A stretch of 64,000 bases of DNA from the human T2T-CHM13v2.0 reference genome, Homo sapiens (GCF_009914755.1 NC_060947.1); one strand, 5' to 3'. Positions 1 through 14,174 are shown, counted from the first letter of the stretch. Notes: generated by a model not told the origin, from the sequence alone. Program-made: numbers and translations.

Positions 1-599
1 TGTTTACTTGATTATTAATTATTACATTTGTCAATTCCAAAATAGAATTCATCATATTTTCCAAATAAATATCTTTTCCCTGTCACCTCCATCACTTGTA
101 ACATTCTCCCATCTATGATTTATCTCTTTTCTTCACTTGTTACATCAAGTCAGCCACAAAGTACTACCAAATTCTCTCTTTGTCACTGTTCTTATGCCTC
201 TAAGTCAATTGGACACACCTGTTCAAGTTAGAGCTGGACCAAAATACAAAGCTACTACCAGCACTTTGCATTATGGCTCCAGAATTTACCAAGTCTAGAA
301 CTCATGCTTTTGCTCTACTACTTGCTCTGTCATCCCAGATACTTGCATATTGGCCAGTTTTCTCTCCCAGTTCTCTTCCACTAAAATATTAGTTTCAAGG
401 ATTTAGCATTTTATATTTAACATTTGTTCCTTTCCAGGACATGATTTCCATCTTTTCCCTTCTGGTAAGACTGTATAACATACTCAGTGGCCCTGCCATG
501 TGATAAAAATTACTGATGTTTTGACATACTTTAAGAACCTAGAAACTATGTAATTCTACTGCCTGCCTGCTTGCTTGAACTACAACTCTCTTGGAAACC

Positions 600-1666
600 C
601 AATCAGGGGAAAAATGGAATAGACTATTCCTGTCTTAACTTCTCTATACAGCCTAAATCCCACTATCAAATATTTCAATTATTCTTTTGACCATTTCCTC
701 ACCTTTCTTATTCATTGTCCTTATGTAGGATCCACATGATAAAATCCAAGCAATGTATCAATCCAAATGTCCACCTCTCTGGCCCTACTGTGCTGAGCTC
801 CTGAATGTTGTTGGAGAAAATTACAAATTAGTCTACTGCAAGTTCTTGGTCTTTAATCTGAACTTGCTTCCAATGCCACCCAGTTATCTTCCTATTGTTC
901 TCTCTTAATAACAGCTCTTTCAAACCTTCTCTACTTTCCTACCACTACTACCCCTCTGCCCCACAGTCCCTTCAGATAATTTCACCTCTTATTATGTGGA
1001 AAAGTTAAAAACCATCATAAGAGAACCCTTCAGATGTTCTGCCCTGCCACCTATAAACACCCCTGCTCAACACTCAGGCTCCGTTCCTTTTTCTGTAACA
1101 ATAGAAGAGGTGATCTACTCTAATACAAGGCTAATACTTCCACATATACTCTTGAACCTATTGTTTCCTGATGTCTCAGATTGCCATCACTTCATCAAGT
1201 CCCCCATCCCAAGCATGCCTGCTCTGTTTCTCTCTCCTGAATCTTTGTCCTTTCCCTCCCTACCATATCTTCCCAACAGCACTGAAACATACTTAACTCT
1301 CCATCTTAAAAAAAAAAAGGCTCCCCTTGATTTGATGCCCACACTACTTACTGCAAAAATCTTTGATTATGCATAATAGCCAAGTTTCATTAAAGAGTTG
1401 CCTATCCTAATTGTTTCAATGTCCACTCATATCATTTATTCTTTAATTTACTATAATATTGTATCCACTTCATTGATTCATTGACATTGCCAAAGTCAGT
1501 AATGACCAATGTAATATCCAGTGGTCACATGGACCTTTCCCTCTTACTGAAATTCTTTTGGTTTCTAAGACACTATCCTGCCTTTCCTCCTATCTATGTA
1601 GCTGCCGCTTCCCTGTCTTTTTTGGGGGGGAGATCACTACTTCTTTCAACAGTCCTTTTTTTTTCC

Positions 1667-1699
<33 letters not shown>

Positions 1700-2690
1700 T
1701 GAGGTGGAGTCTCACTCTATTGCCCAAGCTGGAGTGCAGTGGTGCCATCTGGCCTCACTGCAACCTCCGCCTCCTGGGCTCAAGCTATTCTCCTGCCTTA
1801 GCCTCCCTGGGATTACAGGCACATGCCACAATGCCCAGCTATTTTCTGTATTTTTTGGTAGAGACGGGGTTTCACCATGTTGGCCAGGCTGGTCTTGAAC
1901 TCCTGACCTCAAGTGATCCACCTGCCTCGGCCTCCCAAAGTGCTGAGATTACAAGCGTAAGCCACCGCACCAGGCCCAAAAGTCCTTTAAATGTTGATGT
2001 TTCTTAGTGTTCTATCCTCAGTCCTTGACTTTTTTCATTTTACATTCTCTTCCTTATGTAATCTTATTCCTATATGCTAATAAATCACAAATTTAATCTC
2101 CGGCCCAAATCTCCCTTTTAAACTATGAGATATCTCCCACTTAAACTTCCCTCAGGCTACTCCATTCAACATATCCCAAACTGAATTTGTCAACCTCTAT
2201 CTTTAACTTCAAATTGCCAGAACTGCTCCTCCCACTTTGTTTCTCCATTGCCAGTAAATGATCTCATCATCCACCTCATTGTCGTAACCCAGAAACCTAG
2301 ATGTCAACTTTGACTATTCTTCACAGAACTTCTCAACATATCCTAGATGGTCAGCACTTTCACAACACAGTCCTTTTGCAAATAATGCCTCTCTGCCTGA
2401 AATACGCTGTTTTCTTCCTCTTTACCTAGGACATCTCTTACTCATCTCACCCAGATTTCTTCTTGAAGACTTTACATTAAGAACCCCTCCAGGACTTTAC
2501 TCTTCTGAGTTTCCATAACAGCCTACTCAAAACTTTGCTGTGATATGTACCCGATTGTTTTCTTCACTTCTCTATGTTCCCCATAAGACTGTAAGTAATG
2601 TGAAGGTAGAGGCTTGTGCTTTAGTCATGTTTGTATCTATGCACTTAATATGGTACAACATTGACACTTAAAATGGGGTATTGAATAACA
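600..2690 (+). mobile_element. Degraded LINE-2 (L2), interrupted by an Alu
   Basis: Pyrimidine-rich L2-like ORF2 remnants (e.g. 'tatatgctaataaatcacaaatttaatctccggcccaaatctccc') and an L2-type 3' end ('agactgtaag...gtgaaggtagaggc...ttgaataa'). Boundaries approximate. Confidence 0.6.
1657..1976 (-). mobile_element. AluS (Sx/Sz-like) with (GTT)n tail
   Basis: Full antisense dimer. TSD caacagtccttt (1647) / caaaagtccttt (1977). Tail has become a (TTG)n microsatellite. Confidence 0.95.
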
Positions 2691-2902
2691 TTTTAAGGGT
2701 TTATCAGAATAAAATAGAAAATATCAGAAAGAAAAACTAGAGAAAAGTATCAAAACGATTTTGGTAAGAAGATGTAGAAGTCTCCAAACTATGGAAAATA
2801 GAGATTTTTCCTTCATCTCTCAACATTAACACATTTTAATCACCTTTTAGTCTAATTATTAAACTATAGTGTTAATTGTAGGATTATCAGAAAACACAGA
2901 TA

Positions 2903-4429
2903 ATTTTTTTTATTATTATACTTTAAGTTCTAGGGTACATGTGCACAACGTGCAGGTTTGTTACGTATGTATACATGTGCTGTGTTGGTTTGCTGCACCC
3001 ATTAACTCATTTACATTAGGCATTTCTCCTAATGCTATCCCTCCCCCATCCCCCCACCCCATGACAGGTCCCAGTGTATGATGTTCCCCTTCCTGTGTCC
3101 AAGTGTTCTCATTGTTGAGTTCTCACTTATAAGTGAGAACATGCAGTGTTTGGTTTTCTGTCCTTGTGATAGTTTGCACAGAATGATGGTTTCCAGCTTC
3201 ATCCATGTCGCTACAAAGGACATGAACTCATCCTTTTTTATGGCTGCATAGTATTCCATGGTGTATATGTGCCATATTTTCTTAATCCAGTATATCACTG
3301 ATGGACATTTGGGTTGGTTCCAAGTCTGTGCTATTGTGAATAGTGCTGCAATAAACATACGTGTGCATGTGTCTTTATAATAGCATGATTTATAATCCTT
3401 TGGGTATATACCCAGTAATGGGATGGCTGGGTCAAATGGTATTTCTAGTTCTAGATCCTTGAGGAATCGCCACACTGTCTTCCACAATGGTTGAACTAGT
3501 GTACACTCCCACCAACAGTGTAAAAGCATTCCTATTTCTCCACATCATCTCCAGCACCTGTTGTTTCCTGACTTTTTAATGATCACCATTTTAACTGGTG
3601 TGAGATGGTATCTCATTGTGGTTTTGATTTGCATTTCTCTGATGGCCAGTGATGATGAGAATTTTTTCATGTGTCTGTTGGCTGTGTAAATGTCTTTTTT
3701 TGAAAAGTGTCTGTTCATATCCTTTGACCACTTTTTGATGAGGTTGTTTGATTTTTTCTTGTAAATTTGTTTAAGTCCTTCATAGATTCTGGATATTAGC
3801 CTTTTGTCAGATGGGTAGATTGCAAAAATTTTCTCCCATTCTGTAGGTTGCCTGTTCACTCTGATGGTAGTTTCTTTTGCTGTGCAGAAGTTCTTTAGTT
3901 TAATTAGATCCCATTTGTCAATTTTGGCTTTTGTTGCCATTGCTTTTGGTGTTTTAGACATGAAGTCTTTGCACATTTCTATGTCTTGAATGGTGTTGCC
4001 TTGGTTTTCTTCTAGGGTTTTTTATGGTTTTAGGTCTAACATTTAAGTTTTTAATCTATCTTGAATTAATTTTTGTATAAGGTGTAAGGAAGGGATCCAG
4101 TTTCAGCTTTCTACTTATGGCTAGCCAGTTTTCCCAGCATCATTTATTAAATAGGGAATCCTTTTCCTATTGCTAGTTTTTGTCAGGTTTGTCAAAGATC
4201 AGAAATTTGTAGATGTGTGATGTTATTTCTGGGGCCTCTGTTCTATTCCATTTATCTATATCTCTGTTTTGGTACCAGTACCATGCTGTTTTGGTTGCTG
4301 TAGCTTTGTAGTATAGTTTGAAGTCAGGTAGTGTGATGCCTCCAGCTTTGTTCTTTTGGCTTAGGATTGTCTTGGCAATGCGGGCTCTTTTTTGGTTCCA
4401 TATGAACTTTAAAGTAGTTTTTTCCAATT
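2903..4429 (-). mobile_element. 5'-truncated L1PA (about PA5-PA7), 3' 1.5 kb
   Basis: L1PA 3'UTR plus ORF2 C-terminal fragments (ORFs 3035-3529, 3545-3976, 4173-4427). TSD aaacacagata at 2892 and 4430. Confidence 0.95.
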
Positions 4430-4589
4430 AAACACAGATAAATTTTAAAAAGAAATTGTCCCACAATGGTATCATTACTCATTTCAGATTATTTTTAAAC
4501 ATCTTCATGATTAAAAGTTGTGATGAATATTATAACGAATTCCTGTATATCTTATGATTATTACTTCTTGAGAACTCTTAGAAAAGTGG

Positions 4590-4790
4590 AAAAGAAAGTC
4601 AGAAGAGGAGGTTAGAGTGATGCAATGTGAGAAGGACTCAACCTGCTGTAACTGGCTTTAAAGATGGAAAGGGACCATGAACCAAGGATTACGGAGGCCT
4701 CTATATGTTAGAAAAAACAAGGGAACTGCTTCTCCTCTAGAGCTTCTAGAATGGAAGACAGACCTGCTTCCACCTTGATTTTAGCCCAAC
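4590..4790 (+). mobile_element. MaLR LTR fragment (MLT1D-like)
   Basis: 'tgtgagaaggactcaacctgctg..ggctttaaagatggaaagggaccatgaaccaagg...tctcctctagagcttctagaa...accttgattttagccca' resembles the MLT1 core. Confidence 0.75.
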
Positions 4791-4917
4791 AACAGAAGAA
4801 ATAATAATAAGAAAAAGTCAAATACAAGTTACTTGTGAAGGAAATCTTCCTGTACAGTTGGTCTGCCTGCTACCAGGGATCAGGAGCAAAGGAGGTAGAA
4901 CCTGAAGAAGAGGGTTG

Positions 4918-6328
4918 CCAATTCATTTTTGACAAAAGCACCAAGAACATACTTTGAGGTAAAGGCAGTCTCTTCAATAAAAAATGCTGGGAAAACTGGA
5001 TATTCATATGCGGAAGAATGAAACTAGGCACCTATCTCTCACCATATACAAAAATCAAATCAAAACAGGTTAAAGACTTAAATGTAAGACCTGAAACTAT
5101 GAAGTTCCTAAATTGAAATTTGGGGAAATGTTTCATAACATTGGCCTTGGCCAATGAGTAAGACCTCAAAAGCACAGGCAGTCAAAGCAAAAATGGACAA
5201 ATGGGATCCCATAAAGCTGAAAAAAACTTCTCACAACAAAGAAACAATAAATAAAGAGTCAACCTACAGAATGGGAGAAAATATTTGTAAACTATTCAAC
5301 TGACAAGGGATTATGAACCAGAATATAAAGGGAACAAAATTAATAATAAAAAACAAATAATCCGATTAAAAGTAGGCCAATAATCTGAATAGACATTTCT
5401 CAAAGACAACATTCAAACAGCCCATAGGTATATGAAAAGTGGTCAACATCACTAATCATCAGAATAATGTGTATCAAAAGCACAATGAGATATCTTCTCA
5501 CCCCTGTTAAAATGTTTTTTTTTTTTCAGAAAAATAAATAATAATGGATGCTGGTGAAGATGCGGAGAAAGAGGAACTCTCGTACACTGTTTGTGGGAAT
5601 GTAAATTGGTGCAGCCATGATGTGTAGTCACTTCATACAGTACAGTATGAAGGTTCCTCAAAAAACTAAAAATAGAACTATCATATAATTCAACAATCCC
5701 ACTTCTAGACATACATTCAAAAGAAGGGAAATCAGTATATTGAAGAGATATCTGCCCTCCCATGTTTATTGCAGCACTATTCACAGTTGCCAAGATATGG
5801 ATTCAATCTATGTGTATATCACCAGATGAATGGATAGAGAAAATATGGTATATACACACAATGAAATATTACTCATCTATAAAAAATAGTGAAATTCTGT
5901 CATTTGCAACAACATGGATGGAACTGGAAGAAGTATAAGCCAAGTACAGAAAGATAAATATTGCATGTTCTCACTCATATGTGGAAGGTGAAATATTTGA
6001 ATCATGGAGATAAAGAAAGGCTAGGAAGGGTATTGAGGAGGAGGGGTAAAGAGGGAATGGTTAATGGGTACAAGAATACAGTTAAATAGAAGGAATATAA
6101 TCTAGTGGTTTGGTAGCACAATAGGGAGACTAAAGTTAACAATAATTTATTGGATATTTCAAAATAACTGAGGAGTGGATTCGTAATGCTTCCAACACAA
6201 AGAAATGAGAAATGTTTGAGGTGATAAATGTTCATTACACATAGTCTGCTTGTATCAAAATATCACATGTACCCCATAAATATGTACAACTCTTATGAAT
6301 TTATTAAAATTTTAAAAAAATTTAAAAA
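4918..6328 (+). mobile_element. L1MA-type 3' fragment (ORF2 end, 3'UTR, A-rich tail)
   Basis: Degenerate ORF2 ('tttgacaaaagcaccaagaac', 'ccatgtttattgcagcactattcac') and L1MA 3'UTR 'gtatcaaaatatcacatgtaccccataaatatgtacaac'. Confidence 0.9.
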
Positions 6329-6330
6329 TA

Positions 6331-6530
6331 GAGGCTTCCCAGTTAAATTTGAATTTCAGATAAAAATGAGTAATTTTTAGTACAAGTATATCCAATGCCA
6401 ATGCTAAATATTTTGGATATATTTATACTAAAATAATTTTTATATGAAATTTAAATTTAATGGATAACCTTGTATTTTATCTGGCAAACTTTATTAACTG
6501 GGCATCCTGGTAAATTTTAGCTAAATCTGA
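6331..6530. mobile_element. MER33-like hAT DNA transposon fossil
   Basis: 'cccagttaaatttgaatttcagataaaaatgagtaattttttagtacaagtat...ttgtattttatctggcaa' with internal palindromic structure. Confidence 0.75.
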
Positions 6531-7084
6531 TTCTCCTACTGAAGGATTTAACTTCATGGTGTTACCATGTTAAGACCTCAAATACCTTTTTCATTTCTTC
6601 CCAAAAAGAAGTTGTGTCCCAGTGAAGCTGTGTCCCAGTGTCTCATATATGAGAAGCATTAGCATATGAAATTGTGGGGGAATCATATTGGGTGTCAAAG
6701 CCAACATTATAGAGGAATGTTGGCTTAGGCCCAGTGCTACAGTACAAATTCAGGCAAATCAGCTCCCCTCTTTGAATTCTAGTTTTCACATATTCAAATG
6801 AAGGGATTTGGATAAGATCCTATAATTAGTGAATTAATTCTTGGAAGTAACGTGATGCAGTTCTATTGCAAAGGATGATAGTTTTACGCTTGAATGGGCA
6901 GAGCTGACACTGACACCTGCACAGGTGGCTCCCTGCCTGGAACATGGACGCTGCTTCCATTACAGCAGGTGGTGCATGGCCATGCACAGCAGCTCCAGGA
7001 TTTCAACCTCTCATCGGCACTCTGCTATTGGGTTCATCCCGTGAATTAAAAAAAAAAATTAATTGCACTTTTCAGTTGTGTAGC

Positions 7085-7322
7085 TTCCATTTGGTCATTT
7101 TAAAAATAACTTCTATTTCTTTACTGAGGTTTGCTATTTTTTAATTTGTTTCAAAAGAATTTATTATTGATTTTTGGATCCAATTTATGATGGCTGCTTT
7201 AAAATTCTTGTCAGATAATCTCAACGTCTGATTTTTCCTGGTGTCAGCTTAAGTTGTTTGTGGTTACCTCATTCAAATTGTGGTTTTCCTGGCTTTTGGC
7301 ATAAAAGGTAATTTTCATTGGT
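7085..7322 (-). mobile_element. Old L1M 5'/ORF1-region fragment
   Basis: 'atggctgctttaaaattcttgtcagataatctcaacgtctg' resembles antisense old L1M/HAL1 ORF1. Confidence 0.5.
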
Positions 7323-10300
7323 GAAAAAAAAAAAAAGAACTCTTAGAGACTCTACAATCTTTCTCACATAGTTTTCATTCCCATGGGTGTCTTTTTTTCA
7401 ACGTAATGTTTAAAAAGTTGTTTTTGGCCAACCAAGATCTGTCCTGCTATAAAACTAAGGATTTTTTTCCCTCTGCAAATTTTCCATGGTCATAGAAGAT
7501 AAGTGATGAGTCTCTCCTTTTTCTTTACATAAACTGCCTTCATTTTCTTGTGGACAGAAATTCCTTATCCTTCTCTTCCTCAGACAGAATAGCCTTAATT
7601 ATGTTAGGGCTAGTCTCCTTCTTGATGAGTATTTGGGTCCATTTTCAGGAAAGTTCCTCCAGTTTTCCCAAGTCTTAAACCAAATAGAATGCTATTTTCA
7701 AAAAGTAAATGAGCTAAAGAGCCATTTGATAATAATAAAAGATATATTCAGCTTAGAAGATGAGAACCTGCATTTTAACAAAGCACCAGGAATGCTTTTG
7801 TTTTTTACAATCCTCTGTTCAGGACCACACAGAAGCAATGTCCTTTTTTCCTTGTTAATTCATGCCTGAAAATGAGGTGTTCAGGGGTTAAAAAACACCA
7901 ATGAATTACTCATTGTATACAATTTCCAGCTCTTTATCAATGTCACTCTTTTTCACAGCCAGATTTCATGCAAAGTCAACATTTTAAAGTTTAATAATAA
8001 TAGATTTCTGCAAGTTAATCCTGCTGATTCACTCTACTTGGTTGAGGCTGATATTTTCCCCTCAATTTCCATAGCTACCTAGACCATAGAGACAAAAGTT
8101 TCTCATCATTTCATAAACTCTCTTACACATGGCTTTTCACTAAGCAGTCTGCTAACCCAAAGAGGTTGATAAAATTGTTTCCAATTAATTTATATTATAT
8201 TATACTCCACTCATTCTCAAGACTTCTCCTTGAATTTATATTCAATGTCCACAGGAGAGGACAAATGTCTTTGCCTTCTGTAAGCCAGGCTGTTTTCTAT
8301 CTTTTTCCCCTGTCTATAACCCTGAAAACAAGTGGACTCGAAAGGGAGAGGAGGTGGCTATGACAGCTAAATGTCATCTTTTACTATCATGGCCATCCTC
8401 TTCTCAACAGACACTGAAGAAAATAGATGCCATAAATAAAAGGACAGTACATTAGAAAAAGGCTACTGTGCTCAGCTAAGCTATAAATGAAGAAGACAGG
8501 CTTTTTGGCCTTGTGTATGTGTCTTCTTTCTCTCCCTCTTCTCATCTGGACCATACCCCTATGATGCCTAGGCCCAGATTGCCTTTGCATCATCCTCCCA
8601 AATGCCCAGGTTTCCCTCCCAAACCCATTTGGCTGAAAGAGCCATCTATTATCTGGACCTTTCTCCTCCTATATCTCATTAGTAACACTCAATTATAGTG
8701 TTCTTTCCTCCCAAGGCCTTGCTAGGCGATTGAAACTGATCTGAGAAAATAACTCGGGCTAAGATATTAATAAATGATAATGACCTAATGAGTTTCTGTT
8801 CTGAGGTAGCAAATGAGGTCCATTACAGGAGCATTCCACATCTTCTTAACTCCAAAGTGTGACACTTTTAGGCACTATGGAAGATTTTGAGAGATAAATT
8901 TGGGGCTTGCTCCAGTACCCTTTAAATCACATGCCACAGGCAGCAGCAGCCAGAATCTCTGGAGCTTCTGTTACAGATTGATAGCAGTCACACACTCTCA
9001 TTTTTCTCCCCTTTTAATTTTAACCTATCAAACCCCATCCCCTGTCAGATATGATCAATGACAGAAAAGAACCTTTATAGTTTATAAAATATTGCCCGGG
9101 GACATCTCCTCCCTTTCTTCCCCTATCTAATAATGTGATTCTCCCTGTTTGGACAAGTGCTTAAGTGCCTGAACAAAGAGGCTCATGTTATTAATTATGT
9201 ATGTATACTCAAGGGCTTCTGCAATGGACTTAAAAAAAATAAACTGAAAGAATAAGTAAACCAGTAAAAGGATCATGTTGGTTAGCACTTAGGGGCAAAT
9301 AGACACTCTGGGTTCAGTGCCCCTTTCAATCCCACACTCCTGGCAATACCCAATTAGTGCATGTGCATTGCAAAGAAAGGCCAAATGAGAATGTGCTTTG
9401 CCAGGCCTCTGCACAACCCTTGCAGAGGTTCACTCACAGTTATACTAATCAGATCATTAGGTTGCACTCCACAACTTACATACATGCTAGGCATGGCATT
9501 TTAAAATGTTGATATCACTGATAAATCCAAACCCATTTGAGAACTTCTCGAATGCACTATTAAAAGCTCTAACGTTTAAAGTATGTTTAATTATTTCCCA
9601 TAAACATAATTCTGAAAGCTCTTTTTGTTTATTTCAAGGGAAGAAAATCAATTTTCCCTCTGCTGTTGCTAACTCAAATACTGGATGGGAAAATTATATT
9701 TATACTTATTTTTTATTACTTCACCTTATATTTTTCTGTCTTTAGATCTCATTGACATAGCACTAATCATAGAAACTCTAAAATGAAAAGGCATACAGAT
9801 CATCCAAACAGGGTTTTTAAAGGAAAAATATTTGGTAGCATCAAGCACAACAATTTCTCCTGAGTGATGAGTTAAATGGAATTATTTATAGACTGCCACC
9901 CATTGCTTTTAAAATTACTTCTGTTTTTATACTTGCCATGAATCACTATTATCTCTCCATCTCCCTTTCTGTCTCTAGGTCTCTTTGCTCCTTCATATTC
10001 ACACCTACACATTCATTCACAGTCCACATTGTCAGAGACTAAATGATTAATCTTTGCAGCTGCTGAGTCATCTGAGTCAGCTAGAAGTGCTAGAACCCTT
10101 CTTGCCCATCTGCCTAATTACTGACCAAGCACTGAATCAGAAATTGCAGTAAGTAATCACATAGAAGACACAGAAGATGTCAATTCTCTTAGGAGAGGAT
10201 GAATAAATAGGCAGAGATCGTGAAATATGTTTCCTTTGGATTTTAGCTGATGTACATATTTAATGAGCAGCTTCTTACAAGCCAGCCATCGGATTTTCAC

Positions 10301-10620
10301 CTGAAATCTGGGGTGCATTTTGCAGCAGCATTTCTTAGAACCCAGAAAAAAGAAATGATATACATTGCTGCAGTGAAAATGAAAATGCTCATACACACAT
10401 GAATAATGTTTTTCTCCTCTGAGTGGTATATACTAATTCAGGATATGCGGAATCATTTACTGATGGATGTACTGATTTAAACCGAAAACTCCTTTAAAGT
10501 TAATTACCTATCTACATTCCTGAGGAATATTATGATATAGCCATGAAGGCATATGTTGTTGTCTTCCTTGAAGAAATATTCCCACAATTGGCAAAATCTC
10601 TTAGATTTGTAATCAAATTA

Positions 10621-10930
<310 letters not shown>

Positions 10931-12391
10931 TACATCTGGTGTCACCCCTGATTTGACAATTAAATTAGAAAACATAAAAATTGCCTAGCTCAGTTTTTAA
11001 TACCAATAAGCTCAGTGAGAACACAAACATGTATTCCAAGGGTTTCTCTATTTGGTAATGGATGAAGTTCAGCTTTCATTTTAGTTGGAGGCTTTGGGTA
11101 TCCAGCCTGGCAGAAACTGCTGTGGTTTTAGGAGAAACAGTTGTTTTGGGGATAGATATAATGTTTAATTGGTCGCTAGATTTTATTGTTTACATGACTA
11201 TAGTCCCTGGGCTGACTTAAAGAGTGGACTCTGAAGTAAGAAGCAGAGGGGTTTCAGAGGAAATACTGGATTGAAAATAGAGACACCCAGTTCTCACACA
11301 ATACCTACCTCCTACCTCTTTTCTCCTACTTGCAGAGTGATAGAAGAAAATCAATTACCTACACTGTGCCTACTACTTCACATTCTATAAAAGTGGCCAA
11401 AGAAGTGCTCTGCTCCACATCTTAATTAGATACTTTTACATATCCAATCTGCATTATATAATGAATAAATATTTGTTGACAAGAGTGTCAATTTTCAAAG
11501 GAAATCACAAGCTCCAAGCTGAATCTTCATACTGCCATTTTGATCCTCTGGCTTTGTCTTCTCAAGTTACAAATGGGGTCTATCCCCTAAAGCTGTAGGG
11601 AAAAATCAAAGGGATCATACTTGTAAAGCAGTAATAACAAAAGAATCGAAGGATAAAGCTGTCCACAAACCAGAAACCCTTGTTTCTGAATGTGCATAAA
11701 TGCTCAGTTCACTGTATCCAGATATGAAGGTATAGAGGGAGGAAGATAAAGCAGTTCATTATTCATCACTTAAGGCAGTCATAAAAAGGGACACATTTTC
11801 ATTAACAGTGGTTTGAATCGTTAGAAAACCTAAACTACTCAATTCATATTCAGTGCTTGCTCTACTCTACTGTACTAAGTGAATACTGGATTGGAGTGGG
11901 TGGTTGCTGTTAAATAAGATTCCAATTGAGAGTTTATTTTTCTGTGAATTCAAACCAAGAGCTCAAAAACTTCAGAGGTAGTTAATTTTGATCAATCTTT
12001 TTTTGTAGTATAAAGTTTGAAATTCAGCCCAAAGATTTCAGATGTTTTAATAATCCATCTTATCTAACAGTAACTTCAAAGCTGTCACTTCTTCCCCGCT
12101 CACTTTTTCCCAGATGGTGTTGCCTAACATATTGCTTTCCATCCACTCCATTCCTTGTACCTTCATTTTCACGTCTTCCCCCATCCCCACACTCTTTATT
12201 TTAATGTCTTCTCATTCAAGTCCCTTTGCAATCTACTCTGTAGTCCTTGAGCTTTGAGATGCTTCATTTCCTTTTTCCCCCTCTTTATGAATATATTTTT
12301 TCTTTATTTTATTCCAGAAAAAAAATATTTTGGAGAGTAAAGGTAGATAGAGAGGAAGCACCAATATTTTATTTCTTTTCTAGTCTTGGTT

Positions 12392-12441
12392 ATTTATCTA
12401 TCTATCTATCTGTCTATCTATGTATCTAGCTATCTATCTAT
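12392..12441. repeat. (TCTA)n imperfect tetranucleotide microsatellite
   Basis: tatctatctatctatctgtctatctatgtatctagctatctatcta. Confidence 0.85.
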
Positions 12442-14174
12442 TATAAATTTCTAACTCTCCTGGTAATAAATTTTTATCTCCATTTCTTGTATAGACCATT
12501 ATTCTCTTTTTTGTTCTTGGAATTTATGTTATTTATCTTTACAATTTCTCCAACAATCCCTTCTACCTCTTATCATGCTTTTTTCCTACTCTTAAAACCA
12601 TCCTATCATTTTAATCCATTTTGCAATCTGTAACTTCAAGCTATAATGGTTTACCAATCAAGAGTTTTATGTCTCCTTTGCTGACATGTTCAATCTAGGC
12701 AAACTGGTTTGGTTAAAATGAAAACTAATTTAAAAATAAGAAAACAAAGACGATCTTTCTAGTAATTTTTAATAGTATGTTTTTGTCAGTATAAGTTTTG
12801 ACTGAACCCTTTTTTTAAGGAAAATGATGATAAAGATTCCTGGAGATATTATCTTAGTCAACTTTTATGGTGGGGGGCTAATATATTATTCACCTTGCAT
12901 CATCATCATTCACAATCCCTTATAGATAACAGTGGGTAGGATAGAACAGGAGGAGTCAGTATGCTATTTTATTTTCCTATGGCTTTCCTCCTTTTGCTTT
13001 TCCTTTCTTAATGGGGTTCTTACTCATTAATAAAGCTAATAATACCACTAATAATAACCATCCTTTCAAAATATGACATCCTATAGGTCATTTGTCCTAG
13101 GTCAGCTCACCCCTCCCCCACAGTTAGATAATATCTACCATTAGATTTCAAAGCCTCACCTGGATGGTCTCCAAGCCACGTAGATCAAGGGTTGAAAGAT
13201 CGACATGTAGGGCAGTTTCCTCAATCACATGTTCCTCTCTAAGGCTTACAAATAGGCTCAGTGGAGGGATGCTGCAAGCAACAATCTGGTTGGAGGGAGG
13301 TACTCATTTAACGTAGCAACTCATATTCCCCTGAACTCCTGCAGTTATCACAAAACTTTAGTGAAATACCCATGGCTCCTCATCATAGAATGGTTGCCAT
13401 TTTATTCCCTTTAAGATGATTTTACAATCCCCAAAGCAAGAAAATAAAATGAATGTGTTTGAAGTCTTGATTACTGTGACAAAAATAAGAAGAGGAAAAG
13501 CAAAAATTAAAGTTGTTGCTTTAATCAAAAGTCAATCTCACACTGTTGGCAGTGAAATAAGTGTTACTATCCAGTCATTAGGCACCACAGAAAAAGTTCA
13601 AGTGCCACAACAACAATAGTCTCAGAGAGGTTTGGGAAATACAAGTCACCCAATCACCCAGTGACATTTCCCAGGATTCACATTAAATAGACAAGAGGAA
13701 TGGAATTATGCTATTCTTATTAAGCCACTCAACTAGAAAATGACAAAATAAAAGATAAGCCAGCAAAGGATCCCCACAACTCCCCTCAATACCCTCTTTG
13801 CATCCCTATTAAGTAGAGGAAATTAGATAAAATGAACAAAATGCTGCAGCTGGCAGCAGGCCACTGAAGAAGGAAACTTGCTAACTACAGCAAAAAATCA
13901 ATGCTATTAAACAGGAGGTTGCAGAAGAATGGGGATTTAACCAAACAGTAAATAAAGAAGCTCCTAAAGCTGATTAATTAGAAGATGGAGCTACTGCTTG
14001 GAATGATGAAAGAAAAGAGCAAGTAGTTCCTGTGAAAGAAAGAATATATAAATGTTTGACATAATGGAAAACCATATTAATCTTACCATGAACTTATTTA
14101 GGGATACTAAAGCTCTATTGGAAACAATTCGTGTGATACAAACCTCCGAAAGTCACATATGATAAAATTTGTCA

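Noticed and set aside
996-1376. 126-aa ORF
   Set aside because: Non-ATG start, low-complexity L/P/S composition inside an L2 relic, no recognisable domain.
1558-2007. 149-aa ORF, and similar ORFs at 10618-10898, 14559-14966, 36467-36751 and 58745-58957
   Set aside because: These are Alu-derived frames (e.g. [23 protein letters not shown]), not genes.
6608-6639. 16-bp tandem duplication; also a 12-bp one at 40329-40352 and one at about 38701-38736
   Set aside because: Ordinary micro-duplications with no further structure.
13900-14065. Purine-rich stretch translating as KQEVAEEWGFNQTVNKEAPKAD*LEDGATAWNDERKEQ, possibly a pseudogene or transposase relic
   Set aside because: In-frame stop and no family I can name. 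A tBLASTn or Dfam hit would be needed.
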